Of a stretch of 64,000 nucleotides of DNA, positions 1 to 10,564 are shown in pieces; the first letter of the stretch is position 1, and each line of letters starts with the position of its first letter. The notes beneath the pieces were generated by a model that was not told where the DNA came from, made no database searches, and saw nothing but the letters and a program-made list of their open reading frames with translations. Position numbers and translations under genes: made by a program. This stretch comes from Marinicella sp. (GTDB lineage: Bacteria; Pseudomonadota; Gammaproteobacteria; Xanthomonadales; Marinicellaceae). The stretch is taken from contig OZ246001.1 of assembly GCA_965230295.1 (NCBI GenBank), forward strand, positions 3,200,001-3,264,000, given 5' to 3'.

Positions 1-1
1 T

Positions 2-445
2 CCATTTATTCAGAGCGTACTGAGCAGAGAAAACATATCTAAGTTAACACTCGATCAATTTATAGAAGTTTGTGGATATACTCATGCCACAGAAGACCAC
101 ATAATTAAATTTCCATTGGAACTATTAGGAAAAGGAGAAATAAAGTCCATGTCACAAGAAAAGAGGATCCCAGTTGTTTCAGAATGGATTTGGAATCAAA
201 GAAATGAAAAAGGGTGGAATGTGGCTCAACTTTTGAGCTATGTTTTATATGGAGGAAAAGATACCGACTTATGGGAGCGGCTTTACAACAGTGGTCGTGA
301 ACCTGAATACAGAATTAAACGTTATGGATTGAACTCAATTGCTGAAGTTATTGGCTGGGCAAGACCTGACATAAGTCCTCCAAGAAATGGAAGGACGAGT
401 AAGGGGTTAAGAGCACTGGGTTACAGTGTGGAAATATACACATGA
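2..445 (+). CDS. 5'-truncated hypothetical protein (C-terminal part only)
   Basis: The frame is open from base 2 (CCA TTT ATT CAG...) through the 116..445 ORF, so the true start lies upstream of the window. It ends ...RNGRTSKGLRALGYSVEIYT. Confidence 0.7.
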   Translation, partial: PFIQSVLSRENISKLTLDQFIEVCGYTHATEDHIIKFPLELLGKGEIKSMSQEKRIPVVSEWIWNQRNEKGWNVAQLLSYVLYGGKDTDLWERLYNSGREPEYRIKRYGLNSIAEVIGWARPDISPPRNGRTSKGLRALGYSVEIYT

Positions 446-472
446 AACCCCAAACCATTCAATAATCAGTCA

Positions 473-1717
473 ATGACAGATAAATCAAACCATCAATCAC
501 CAGCTCTTTTGAAAGGTATCAAAGTCTTGGATTTGAGTCGTATTTTGGCTGGGCCTTGGGCCAGTCAGGCTTTGGCTGATTTTGGGGCGACGGTTTGGAA
601 GATCGAGAAACCGGGTGTGGGTGATGATACACGTCATTGGGGGCCGCCTTATTTGGCTGGTGGTTCGGTTGATGAATCGTTGTCGGCTTATTTTCTTGCG
701 GCCAATCGTGGTAAGCATTCTGTTTGTATTGATTTCACTCAAGAAGAGGGGCAGCGTTTGATCATTGAGTTGGCTCGTAAGGCTGATGTGTTGATTGAAA
801 ATTTTAAGGTGAGTGGTCTTGAGAAGTATGGGCTGGATTATGAAAGTTTAGCTCAGATTAATCCTGGTTTGATTTATTGTTCGATCACAGGTTTTGGGCA
901 AACTGGACCCAAAGCCCATGAGGCGGGTTATGATGCGATGATTCAGGCCTGTGGTGGTTTGATGAGTGTTACTGGAGAACCTGCGGAGGTGGGTGGTCAG
1001 GCGCAGAAAGTGGGTGTGGCGGTTACGGATCTGATGACCGGCATGTATGCCACCTCGGGAATTCTGGCAGCGTTGAATCATCGGCATGTGAATGGTGAAG
1101 GACAGCACATTGATCTGTCGTTATTGGACACACAAATCGCCATGCTGGCCAATCAGGGTATGAATTATCTGGTCAGTGGGAATATTCCTCAGCGTCATGG
1201 CAATGGTCATCCCAATATTGTGCCTTATCAAGCCTTCAGTTGTGATGATGGAGAGGTTTTGTTGGCGGTGGGGAATGATGATCAGTTCAGGAGGGCTTGT
1301 TTTGTTTTAGGACTTGATGATTTGGTTGAAGACGATCGATTTGTCACCAACAGTGATCGGGTGACTAATAGAAATCAATTGATACCTTTATTGGCTAAGG
1401 TGTTTTTGTCGCAAAGTTGTCAGCATTGGCTGACTTTGTTACAAGAGGCTGGTGTGCCTTGTGGGCCGGTGAATGACATTGGTCAGGCCATGAATGAGCC
1501 GCAGGTGAAACATCGGGAGATGGTGTTTGATCTGGTCGGTGATGATGGCCGGAAAATTCCGCAAGTGGCCAATCCGTTGAAGTTTTCTAAGTCGGGTTTG
1601 GCTTATGATTTGCCACCGCCTGTTTTGGGTGGTTCGACCAGGCAAGTGTTGTCCGAGGAGTTGGGGTTGTCTGAGACAGAGATAAGTGAATTGATGGGGA
1701 AGGGGGTGGTTTCTTAG
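473..1717 (+). CDS. CaiB/BaiF family (class III) CoA-transferase
   Basis: Motifs LKGIKVLDLSRILAGP, KIEKPGVGDDTR, ANRGKHS, ADVLIENF, SITGFGQTGP and GYD are typical of family III CoA-transferases. Confidence 0.95.
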   Translation: MTDKSNHQSPALLKGIKVLDLSRILAGPWASQALADFGATVWKIEKPGVGDDTRHWGPPYLAGGSVDESLSAYFLAANRGKHSVCIDFTQEEGQRLIIELARKADVLIENFKVSGLEKYGLDYESLAQINPGLIYCSITGFGQTGPKAHEAGYDAMIQACGGLMSVTGEPAEVGGQAQKVGVAVTDLMTGMYATSGILAALNHRHVNGEGQHIDLSLLDTQIAMLANQGMNYLVSGNIPQRHGNGHPNIVPYQAFSCDDGEVLLAVGNDDQFRRACFVLGLDDLVEDDRFVTNSDRVTNRNQLIPLLAKVFLSQSCQHWLTLLQEAGVPCGPVNDIGQAMNEPQVKHREMVFDLVGDDGRKIPQVANPLKFSKSGLAYDLPPPVLGGSTRQVLSEELGLSETEISELMGKGVVS

Positions 1718-1733
1718 GTTGTCTTTATTATGC

Positions 1734-1890
1734 CGTCATTGTGGCGTCATTGTGGCGTTGGCCGCGACCAAGTGTCTTAATTGTTTAAATTTTAGTAGGT
1801 ATTGGGTTCTAGATAGTACATCAAGATGACGTCGACGCTCTGGAAATGTTTATTAAAAAATGGATCCCCGGGTCAAGCCCGAGGATGACG
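1734..1890. repeat. REP-like GTCAT palindromes in inverted arrangement
   Basis: 1861-1890 TGGATCCCCGGGTCAAGCCCGAGGATGACG is a palindromic unit. A degenerate opposite-facing unit (CGTCATTGTGG duplicated, then CGTTGGCCGCGACCA) lies at 1734-1770. The pair sits between convergent genes. Confidence 0.55.
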
Positions 1891-1949
1891 GTATCTGAAA
1901 CTTCTTTTGGTTAAAACTCGTTCATATTTCTAATACGAATCTACAGCAA

Positions 1950-4900
1950 TCAATTCAAGCCTCTACCAGGGGTGTAGGGGGCGCCGGCGGTTTCTAGTTC
2001 GGTTTCGAATGTTTCCAGTTGTTCTATGTAGGCTTTGAGGTCTTCACGGAATTGTTGGAAGTCTTGTTCGGCGCTTTCTATGGCTTTTTGTTGGGTGGCG
2101 GTGGGGGTTTGGGTGGTGCGCCAGTGGCCGTATGTCACGTAGCCGACTCGGGGTCTGATGGCGGCTTTGGTGCTTTCATAGAGGCTTTGGCGTGTTGCAT
2201 CGCCGTTCAGGCGGTGGCGCAAGTCGGTGAGCTGGTCTTGTAGGTCATTCAGATCTGCGAACTGTTTTTCACTGGCTTGTGGCGTTTTAAGTAGGGCGGC
2301 TTTGATGTGTCTTAGGCGGTTGGCCGCTTCCTGTAACTTGTTTCCGGCACTGGAGACCTGGCGAGACAGTTCACTGGTTTTGTGCTGGAAGGTGGTGGTG
2401 GCGACATATTCAGCCTGTGATGTGGATTGGTTCACGGGTTTAACTGTGAATGTTTGTGGTTCACCATAGGTATCCAGTTTACCTTCGTGGGCGATGTGCA
2501 GCGAAACGCGGTAGTTACCAGGTGCCACCATTGGACCTGCCGGATCGGTGACCCAAGGTGGTCTGAAGCCCGGTTTGGTCAGGTTAATCGGATTGGGTGC
2601 TGAGCGTTTTAAATCCCAGCTGGTGCGGTGCAGTCCTTTTTTATTGGCACCTTTGAGCCAGCGTATGGGTTGGCCTTGTTCGTCACTGACCAGCAGCAAG
2701 ACTTGAGGTTGGTCTTCTTTGGCTTCTGCGGCGAGTTGTTCCCATCCGGGGAATGGCACGTTGGCATTTTTCTTGGCCAGAGCTTTCTCCGATTTTTGTC
2801 TTTGTTCTTTGGCCGTTTGTGGCACGTTGTTGAGGTAATAGGTGAACACCGCGCCGAAGGGTGGGTTGTCGCTGGCAAAGCGGGTGGTGCCTTGACCTGG
2901 CATGCCTGCGGCCTGCATGGGCACACTGGGCACATACCACCAAGCATCCCTGACCGGGAAGAGGGCGTTGGTTTTGTCCTCGATGACCTGACCGATCTGT
3001 CTCAGGGGTGAATAATCATCCAATACATAGAAGCCGCGGCCAAAAGTGGCGCCAACCAGGTCATGGTCACGGTGATGGATTTCGATGTCACGGAAGGAGA
3101 TGGTCGGAACACCGGCACCTAATTTGATCCAGTTGTCTCCCTGGTTGGGTGAAAAGTAGATGCCAAATTCGGTGCCGATGAACAGCAGGTTTTCATCAAC
3201 AGGGTCTTGTTTGAGCACCCAAACCAGGGTGTTATCGGGCAGGTCTCCGGCAATGGATTGCCAGCTTTTGCCTCGATCTTTACTGATAAAAATCAGGGGT
3301 CTGAAATCTCCGAATTTATGCGCATCGGCCACCGCGAATACGGTGTTTGTATCATGATGGGAGGCTTCCACGTCATTGATGAAGGAACGGGTTGGGATTT
3401 TGGGTAGCTTACTGGATTTCCAGTTTTGTCCACCGTCCTCGCTGACATGAACCAGTCCATCATCAGAGCCGGTGTACAGCAGGCCTTCGGCCACGGGTGA
3501 TTCATCAATCGCACTCAAGGTGGCGTATTTAGACATGGCGCGGGTGTCGTACAGAGAGTCAACACTCCACACCCGGTTGTCCATCATTTCCAGTTCGTAG
3601 CGGTTGGTGTTGGTGGTCAAATCACCGCTGATGGGGGTCCATGAGTCACCTCGGTCATCACTTTGCCACACCCGCTGGGAGCCAAAATAGATGCGTTTGT
3701 GGTTATGTGGGCTGACTTCAATGGGGCTGTCCCAGTTCCAGCGTTCAGGTGGGTCATTGGGACCTGCCAGTGGCTGAATGAAAATGACTTCTTCCGTGCG
3801 TCGGTCATGTCGGTGCAGGGTGCCTTGTTGAATTTGTTGGTAAGAAATATAAGGGTCTTCGGGATCAAACACGGCATCTGAGCCATCAGCGCCTAAAGGT
3901 ACGTACCAGTCCTGGTTACGCACACCTTCGGTGTTCATGGTTCTTGATGGCCCATGCAGGGTGCCCAAATCCTGGGTGCCACCAATGATGTTATAAAAGG
4001 GTTCGGTGTTGTCCAAATCCAGTTTGTAAAATTGTGATATGGGCAAGTTGGTGAAATGGCGCCAGGTGGTGCCTTCGTCATAACTTTCATACAAGCCGCC
4101 ATCCGTGCCAGAGATCAGGTGCTTGCCATCTTCCGGATCAATCCACAGGGCATGGTTGTCACTGTGTTTTTCCCGTCCTGTGCCCAGGTAATCAAAGGTT
4201 TTTCCGCCATCACGGGTGACGTGGTAGAACACATCCATCTGATAAACCAGATCAGGATTCTGGGCTGAGGCTTCTATTTCCTGATAGTAGTGTGGTCCGG
4301 TCCCGCCGGAGATGTAGCTGTTGCGTTTTTCCCAGCTTTCGCCTTTGTTGGTGGATCGGTAAAAGCCTTTTTCCTTGTTGTTTGCTTCAATGGTGGCATA
4401 AACCAGGTTGGGATTGGCAGGCGTGACAGCCAGTCCGATCTTACCCATGTGGCCTTTGGGCAGGCCGGTTTTGACCTGATACCAATCATCACCGTTGTTG
4501 GTTGATTTATAGATGCCTGAGTTGGGCCCGCCTCCTAAAAAGGACCAGGTGGTTCTGAATCTTTGGTATGCAGCGGCGTAAAGAACATCCGGGTTGGATG
4601 GGTCAAATTCCACATCGGTCACACCGGTGTTTTTGTCGATTTCAAGTTCCAATGTCCAGGAGTTGCCACCGTCAGTGGATTTGTACAAGCCGCGTTCACC
4701 CCCAGCTGACCACAAGGGACCTTCGGCGGCCACAAACACCACATCGCTGTTTCTGGGATCGATCAATATTTTTCCAATGTGTTGGGATTTTTCTAAGCCC
4801 ATTTGTTGCCAGGTTTGGCCACCGTCTTTACTTTTGTATACGCCATCACCCCAGGCCACATGGCGACCACTGACGTTTTCACCCGTACCCACCCAAATCA

Positions 4901-5225
4901 CGTCTGAGTTGTTAGGGTCAATGGTTACCGCGCCTATGGAGTAGGAATTTTGGCTGTCAAAAACAGGTTTCCAAGTGGTGCCCCGGTTGGTGGTTTTCCA
5001 CAGGCCACCAGAGCCAACGGCCACATACCAGGTGCTCTTGTCCGTTGGGCTCACGGCAATGTCCGCAATGCGTCCACCCATGAATGCGGGCCCGATCTCG
5101 CGCAGTTTTAGTCCGGCAACGGCCTTGGAGATGGCTTTGTTGTGTTCTGTTTTGGCAATAAGCTGGGTTGAGGCAATGAATGGAATGGTGATGAATAAGG
5201 TGAGGATAAAACGGTTTTTAAACAT
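1950..5225 (-). CDS. Secreted VPS10/BNR (Asp-box) repeat glycosyl hydrolase-like protein
   Basis: Signal peptide, IGPAFMGGRIADIAV start of the mature chain, many S/T-x-D-x-G-x-T/S-W Asp-boxes, ATFGRGFYVLDD and a C-terminal coiled coil. Confidence 0.9.
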   Translation of the reverse strand: MFKNRFILTLFITIPFIASTQLIAKTEHNKAISKAVAGLKLREIGPAFMGGRIADIAVSPTDKSTWYVAVGSGGLWKTTNRGTTWKPVFDSQNSYSIGAVTIDPNNSDVIWVGTGENVSGRHVAWGDGVYKSKDGGQTWQQMGLEKSQHIGKILIDPRNSDVVFVAAEGPLWSAGGERGLYKSTDGGNSWTLELEIDKNTGVTDVEFDPSNPDVLYAAAYQRFRTTWSFLGGGPNSGIYKSTNNGDDWYQVKTGLPKGHMGKIGLAVTPANPNLVYATIEANNKEKGFYRSTNKGESWEKRNSYISGGTGPHYYQEIEASAQNPDLVYQMDVFYHVTRDGGKTFDYLGTGREKHSDNHALWIDPEDGKHLISGTDGGLYESYDEGTTWRHFTNLPISQFYKLDLDNTEPFYNIIGGTQDLGTLHGPSRTMNTEGVRNQDWYVPLGADGSDAVFDPEDPYISYQQIQQGTLHRHDRRTEEVIFIQPLAGPNDPPERWNWDSPIEVSPHNHKRIYFGSQRVWQSDDRGDSWTPISGDLTTNTNRYELEMMDNRVWSVDSLYDTRAMSKYATLSAIDESPVAEGLLYTGSDDGLVHVSEDGGQNWKSSKLPKIPTRSFINDVEASHHDTNTVFAVADAHKFGDFRPLIFISKDRGKSWQSIAGDLPDNTLVWVLKQDPVDENLLFIGTEFGIYFSPNQGDNWIKLGAGVPTISFRDIEIHHRDHDLVGATFGRGFYVLDDYSPLRQIGQVIEDKTNALFPVRDAWWYVPSVPMQAAGMPGQGTTRFASDNPPFGAVFTYYLNNVPQTAKEQRQKSEKALAKKNANVPFPGWEQLAAEAKEDQPQVLLLVSDEQGQPIRWLKGANKKGLHRTSWDLKRSAPNPINLTKPGFRPPWVTDPAGPMVAPGNYRVSLHIAHEGKLDTYGEPQTFTVKPVNQSTSQAEYVATTTFQHKTSELSRQVSSAGNKLQEAANRLRHIKAALLKTPQASEKQFADLNDLQDQLTDLRHRLNGDATRQSLYESTKAAIRPRVGYVTYGHWRTTQTPTATQQKAIESAEQDFQQFREDLKAYIEQLETFETELETAGAPYTPGRGLN

Positions 5226-5395
5226 AATGATGGCTCTTGATTGGATGATACTTTGATTGAGAACGAAAATATCTAATCATAAATGGCAGGCATAAGCAAA
5301 CCCTAAGAATGCATTGGTGGCGAAGTGATTCATGGTTTTTTGTGGTTTCTTGATGTTAAAATACGCCTTGTATTTTTTCAAACCCATACTTCTAT

Positions 5396-7225
5396 ATGAC
5401 CTTACCAAAAAAATTGTTATTTTTGTTCTTCATGGCTGCCTGTTTGCCAAATCTGTCTGAATCAGCAGAACACAACTTATTAAATCAGGGGCTGAAAGAG
5501 GTGCGCTTGAATGATGTGATTTACATGGCTCAAAACCAAGAAATCAAGAGGTATGATTTAAGCAGTTCAAGTTGGTTGTCAGCCGTCAGTTTGAATTCAG
5601 GACCCGATGCTTTTAATGTGAACCCCCATGGCATCTTTGTGGCTCATGGCAACGAATTGTATGAGTATTCAGCCAGCGGTGCGCCAAGAACTTTGGTTTA
5701 TACCAACACTGATCCAATATTGGAAGTGGTTTATTTAAGCGATCACTTGATATTTGCCACGGCTGATAATACCTATGCTTTTGACTTATTGAGCCAAACA
5801 TTGACCAGTGAAATTCCTTCTGGTGTCAAAGGTTTGGTTGCTGTGCCGGGCCGGCGACACGTTTTTGCCATAAAAGTTGACACCATTCCACGTGACATCG
5901 TGAAGACCAGCTTATCAGAAGCTGGGGTGTTGGACTATTTTCGTGACAGTAATTACCACGGAAACTACCCACAGGGAGAGCGGATGTATACCTTTCCTGA
6001 TGAAAGGCGGGTCGTTGATGCATCGGGTATTGTGTATTTTACTGTGGACATGACGTTTTCTGCTGATTTGCAAGGTTCATTCAGTCATTTGGATTTTTAT
6101 GGTGATCTACCTATCGTGTTGAGAAACGGTGAATTATCAGCCTATTCGAATACATTCGAAATCACGGGTTCTTATACACCACAAATTCAAAGTGACTTTT
6201 TTTATGTCTACAATGATGAAATTCATGCATTTTCTGATCAAGGCAATGACTTTCTGGTTGAAACTTTTGACATCAGTTTATTGACATCAGACATACCTTT
6301 TCAGGCGATTGATCCTACCGGGCTTCAATACGAACCATATCGATTGTCCTATGACAATCACCAAACTGTTTATCTATTGGACCGACCTAACTTGAGTATT
6401 TACCCGTATGATGTTGGCTCTGAGTCTTATCAAGACACCATTTCACTTGAGAACCCTCCTACAGAAATGGAGTATTCAGTAGAAAACAGCAAACTCTACT
6501 TAACGGTGGCCAATAATTCCATCCTTGAATACGACCCTGCATCAAAAGAAATGTCAGTTTTGATTGATGAAGACCCGTATTTAAACTTTGCAAACAACTA
6601 CCTACACAAACTTGAAATGGCAGGGGAGTACTTGTTGGTGCTTCATTATTTGCCAATTTCATTTCGTGGCTTCTCCTTATTTGATCATTCAGGCACATTG
6701 ATTGCGTCCCAAGACATTTTTGAATCTACTGATTACTTGTCATGGGATAGTGGCAAGCGCATCATGTACTTTTACCATAACAATGCCACAACAGGAGCCA
6801 TTCGTGGCATTGAGATCAACGAAGCAGGAGAGTTTGGTGACGAAATCATCAGAAACCAGAGCTTGTTTTTTGATCCTGTATTTTTGTGTACGAGCCCGGA
6901 TGGCGATTTGTTGGTTCAATCCCGTGGATATGTTCTGGAAACTGATGATTATGAAGTGGTTGAGTACTTACCGCATGCAATCACTGATTGCAGTTGGTCA
7001 AATGGCACTTTGTATACACTTGAAGATGCCGGAACGTTGCGGCTCCAGTCATGGAGTGAAAATTTCGAAGAAACACTGGTGACCGACTTGTTCGCTGCAC
7101 CGTTAGGCATGCAGGGTTTGACCAGTGGCGCCGTCTTCTTGATGTATAAGGAGTTTGATGGAGTTCCTCAATTCAGCATTGAAAACGATGTCATTTTCAA
7201 CAACCATTTTGAACAGGGAGAGTAA
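5396..7225 (+). CDS. Secreted beta-propeller-like hypothetical protein with C-terminal DVIFNNHFE tag
   Basis: 609-aa ORF with a signal peptide, repeated short beta-strand pattern and terminal tag. Confidence 0.8.
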   Translation: MTLPKKLLFLFFMAACLPNLSESAEHNLLNQGLKEVRLNDVIYMAQNQEIKRYDLSSSSWLSAVSLNSGPDAFNVNPHGIFVAHGNELYEYSASGAPRTLVYTNTDPILEVVYLSDHLIFATADNTYAFDLLSQTLTSEIPSGVKGLVAVPGRRHVFAIKVDTIPRDIVKTSLSEAGVLDYFRDSNYHGNYPQGERMYTFPDERRVVDASGIVYFTVDMTFSADLQGSFSHLDFYGDLPIVLRNGELSAYSNTFEITGSYTPQIQSDFFYVYNDEIHAFSDQGNDFLVETFDISLLTSDIPFQAIDPTGLQYEPYRLSYDNHQTVYLLDRPNLSIYPYDVGSESYQDTISLENPPTEMEYSVENSKLYLTVANNSILEYDPASKEMSVLIDEDPYLNFANNYLHKLEMAGEYLLVLHYLPISFRGFSLFDHSGTLIASQDIFESTDYLSWDSGKRIMYFYHNNATTGAIRGIEINEAGEFGDEIIRNQSLFFDPVFLCTSPDGDLLVQSRGYVLETDDYEVVEYLPHAITDCSWSNGTLYTLEDAGTLRLQSWSENFEETLVTDLFAAPLGMQGLTSGAVFLMYKEFDGVPQFSIENDVIFNNHFEQGE

Positions 7226-7229
7226 GTTC

Positions 7230-8513
7230 ATGAATACCCAAAGTTACAACAGTAGGTTACTCACCATGGCCCTGGCCATGCTCCTTTTTTCAGTTTCAGT
7301 TTGGAGTCAGAACACCTCTGACAACAGCTCTTTGAGACAGGATTTTGATGGGTTGGTTTTGCCGGATCATTCGTGGACAGGCATGCAGTTTGGTTGGGAT
7401 GTTGCCGCTGAAGACGATACATTAGTCGTGTCCAATTTCGGAACAGCCATCACGGCATCTGTCTATGTATTTAAACGCATCAATCACCAATGGCAACAAA
7501 CACAAAGAATCATCCAGCCCAGTAATTCAGAAGATTTTGCCATTACCTTCGATTTATTCAAAGATCGCATGATTGTCAGTGCCCCTGATTACAGATTCCA
7601 GGCTCATAAGAATCGTGGCAGTGCACCAGGAGCCGCATATATTTATGAGTTTGATGGGGCGATGTGGGAACAGACTGGTCTGGTTTTCGCTGAAGATGAA
7701 TCTAATTTCAACGAAGAATTTGGATACAGGGTGAAAATTTATGGGGATACCGCCATTGTTTCAGCTCCGGAAGATGACGACGGCATGTATGAAAGTTATG
7801 GAGCGGTCTATGTGTTCACCAAAGGTGTTGATGGATGGAGCCAGTCAAAAAAGATTATATTGCCCATCAGAAGGGTTGACGAGTTTTTTGGTGTTGAAAT
7901 TGATTTGGGGGTGACCAGTCCTGAGAAACTGAACGGTGATCGAATTGTGATTGGCACATTGAAATCTGAAGCGGTGTATATTTTCGAGTTGATCAATGAA
8001 GATTGGATCTTGGTAGATCAACTGTTTGCCAATGATTACGGGTCCCAAAGTGGCTGGGGTAGGTCGTTGTCAATTCAGGATGATCTGTTGGTGGTGGGTT
8101 CACCCCTCGAAGAAAAAGGCGTCGTTAATGTGTTCAAAAAAATGGATGATACATGGACCCATCAAGAAACATTTACTAACCTCATTGATGATGGCTCACT
8201 TTATTTTGGAAATCGTGTGACCTTACACAACAATAAGATACTGGTGTCTTATTTAATGGATCCAGGCAGCATCAACGACAATGGCCAAAATTTTCTTTAT
8301 CAATTTAATGGGATTGAATGGATTAGAACCCATGCATTCAACACTGAACTCAGTAACTTCAATTTTGGTCAAGCGTTGACTGATGATTGGGTGTTTTTGG
8401 GTACGCCAAAAACCAACCGACATCCCAATACAGTTACCGGAGTGGTGTATGCAATCAGCATTGACAACCTATTTTGTAGTGGTTTTGAAATCAGTCCTGA
8501 TGCGTGCAAGTAA
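7230..8513 (+). CDS. Secreted FG-GAP repeat protein with near-terminal DNLFCSGFE tag
   Basis: Repeats FGWDVA..LVVS, FGYRVKI..AIVSAP..GAVYVF, WGRSLS..LVVGSP. The start is moved to ATG 7230, just after the upstream stop, where a signal peptide follows. Confidence 0.85.
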   Translation: MNTQSYNSRLLTMALAMLLFSVSVWSQNTSDNSSLRQDFDGLVLPDHSWTGMQFGWDVAAEDDTLVVSNFGTAITASVYVFKRINHQWQQTQRIIQPSNSEDFAITFDLFKDRMIVSAPDYRFQAHKNRGSAPGAAYIYEFDGAMWEQTGLVFAEDESNFNEEFGYRVKIYGDTAIVSAPEDDDGMYESYGAVYVFTKGVDGWSQSKKIILPIRRVDEFFGVEIDLGVTSPEKLNGDRIVIGTLKSEAVYIFELINEDWILVDQLFANDYGSQSGWGRSLSIQDDLLVVGSPLEEKGVVNVFKKMDDTWTHQETFTNLIDDGSLYFGNRVTLHNNKILVSYLMDPGSINDNGQNFLYQFNGIEWIRTHAFNTELSNFNFGQALTDDWVFLGTPKTNRHPNTVTGVVYAISIDNLFCSGFEISPDACK

Positions 8514-8578
8514 TCAAGTCTGAGTCATTTGCTTACAATTGAATGCTTATTTCAATAGTGACATAGGTGATTAATTTT

Positions 8579-10564
8579 TTATGTATTATCAAGCCTGCCC
8601 TGAATAATCACTTTACTTTCTATCAGGCTGCCGACAGCTAAATCAGAAATTTTGATGTTGGATTGATGCACCAATACAGGCAGGGTATAAAAATCCTTGG
8701 CATCGTCGGTGAGTTTCAATTTAACTGTTAACAACAGCAGATTTTGATTCTGCAAAGTATATTTTTTGATGGACAAGACTTTTCCCATGATTGAAGCATG
8801 AAAATCACTGTATTCGGACCATAAATGGTAGTCCTTTTCCTGTACTTCTCCAACCATGGCAACATAGGCTTCTTCTGCCTGGAATGGCAGTTTTACACTG
8901 GCTGCGATCGCTGATAAGCACACCTTCTGGGTACCTCCCTTGCCATAGGTGCTTTGGTTTTCTGCATAATCAACCGGGATAAAATCGAAGGTGGTAAAAC
9001 AATCTGCATGCCCGGCGGTGATTTCTGCTTGCAGCTTATTCGAGCCTTTCCAGTGTTTGATGTTCCTGATGTCTAATTCAGTTGGGTTAAAACATGGAAC
9101 AATCGGGTATGAATCAATGATTTTCGAGTCATCACTGACGGTGTGAATTTTTATCTCGGATGATTCATCGTTATCAACAGCAAGGCTCTGATTTAATTTG
9201 AGTAATTTCCAAACTTTGGTTTTGTAACCGGCTTTAATCAAGTCATAAATGATGTTGGCGCCTTCACCGTTTTGTTGCAACAGGTATTGATCAAAGTATC
9301 TCCTTAACTCGGGTATCATGGTGTTTTTTTGGTGGTCTTTGGTGGGTTTAAAACCAAACTGTTCCACCAATATTTTGATCAATGACAGGCCACCGTGTCT
9401 GCATGCAGCTTTGGCAATGAGGTCTTGGGTTGATAATGTTGGATCAGCACCCAATTCAATTTGAGCCAATGCATTCTTGATGAGGCCCCAAGAGATGGCC
9501 CTGTCTAAGGGTGATTTTTTGGTCGGACCAGCTTGTGCGTTGATGTTTGCACCCAAGGCCACCAGTTCTTTCAGTGCATCAATTTGATCATCATCGATTG
9601 CATAATGAACGGCTGCCTTGTCATGTCGATCCCTGTCGTTGATGTTTGCACCAAGATTAATAAGAGTTTTGACTGAATCGATGTGGTTTATTTGGGTGGC
9701 ATAATGCAGGGCTTTTAAACCATAACTGTTTTCAACAGCAATGAGGTCAGGATTGGTTTGTATCTGTTGTTTCAGTTGGTCTTGGTCATTGTTGAAAATG
9801 GCATCAAACAGCTTCTTGCCGTGATCTAATTTGAACCTGAAGTCATTGGACTTGATGTTGTTGTGATGGGCCTTTTTGACTTTTTCGTAGAGGGCTTTTG
9901 ATTGTTGATAAGAAGCAAAGCCCAAACCTTCTTCAAGGCTGATCGGTTGAGCGGATACACTGATGATATGGATCACATGAGGATTTTGCTCAAGCCTTTG
10001 GTATGCCTCCAATTTATGATGGCCATCCAATACATACATGGTTTGTATGTTTTGGTGAACCGAAGCGGTAATCAACTTGGGCTTTTTGCCTGCCTTGATG
10101 CTTTTCATGTGCTGTAGGACGGCCTCTTCGTTCAATTGAATGGATGGTTGTGTACTGATCAAAATATCTTCATAAGGATAGTAATTACAATGTGATTTTT
10201 TCGGTTTGAGGTAATCGTATTCATCCAGCTCAATGGCTTTCAATAGGTACTGCCCCGGCTCGAACATGGACAGCAGGCCCTCAAGTGATTGAGAGAGCGG
10301 TAAATCACTGGTCTCGTCATTGACAAGCTGACGAATTTGTTTCAAGGTTTGTGTCGGGTCATCATCGTTCGAACTTCTGACCAAATATTGATCGACACTG
10401 CCTTGGCAATCTGACCAATGAAACGCTATTGGCTGGCCTTCAAATAAGATTGCTGATTCGAATGAGTCGCCCCTCAATGAAATTTGTGAGGATGAGTTTT
10501 CCAGTTCGAAGATCTCATATCCCTGCAAATAATGATCTTCGTAAGTGATGTATTGTATGTCCAT
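8579..10564 (-). CDS. ParB/Srx-like domain plus ankyrin repeats plus unknown C-terminal domain
   Basis: YVLDGHHKLEAY is a ParB-like motif. ALHYA..LINLGANIN, AVHYA..LVALGANIN and SPLDRA..ELGADP are ankyrin repeats. Confidence 0.75.
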   Translation of the reverse strand: MDIQYITYEDHYLQGYEIFELENSSSQISLRGDSFESAILFEGQPIAFHWSDCQGSVDQYLVRSSNDDDPTQTLKQIRQLVNDETSDLPLSQSLEGLLSMFEPGQYLLKAIELDEYDYLKPKKSHCNYYPYEDILISTQPSIQLNEEAVLQHMKSIKAGKKPKLITASVHQNIQTMYVLDGHHKLEAYQRLEQNPHVIHIISVSAQPISLEEGLGFASYQQSKALYEKVKKAHHNNIKSNDFRFKLDHGKKLFDAIFNNDQDQLKQQIQTNPDLIAVENSYGLKALHYATQINHIDSVKTLINLGANINDRDRHDKAAVHYAIDDDQIDALKELVALGANINAQAGPTKKSPLDRAISWGLIKNALAQIELGADPTLSTQDLIAKAACRHGGLSLIKILVEQFGFKPTKDHQKNTMIPELRRYFDQYLLQQNGEGANIIYDLIKAGYKTKVWKLLKLNQSLAVDNDESSEIKIHTVSDDSKIIDSYPIVPCFNPTELDIRNIKHWKGSNKLQAEITAGHADCFTTFDFIPVDYAENQSTYGKGGTQKVCLSAIAASVKLPFQAEEAYVAMVGEVQEKDYHLWSEYSDFHASIMGKVLSIKKYTLQNQNLLLLTVKLKLTDDAKDFYTLPVLVHQSNIKISDLAVGSLIESKVIIQGRLDNT

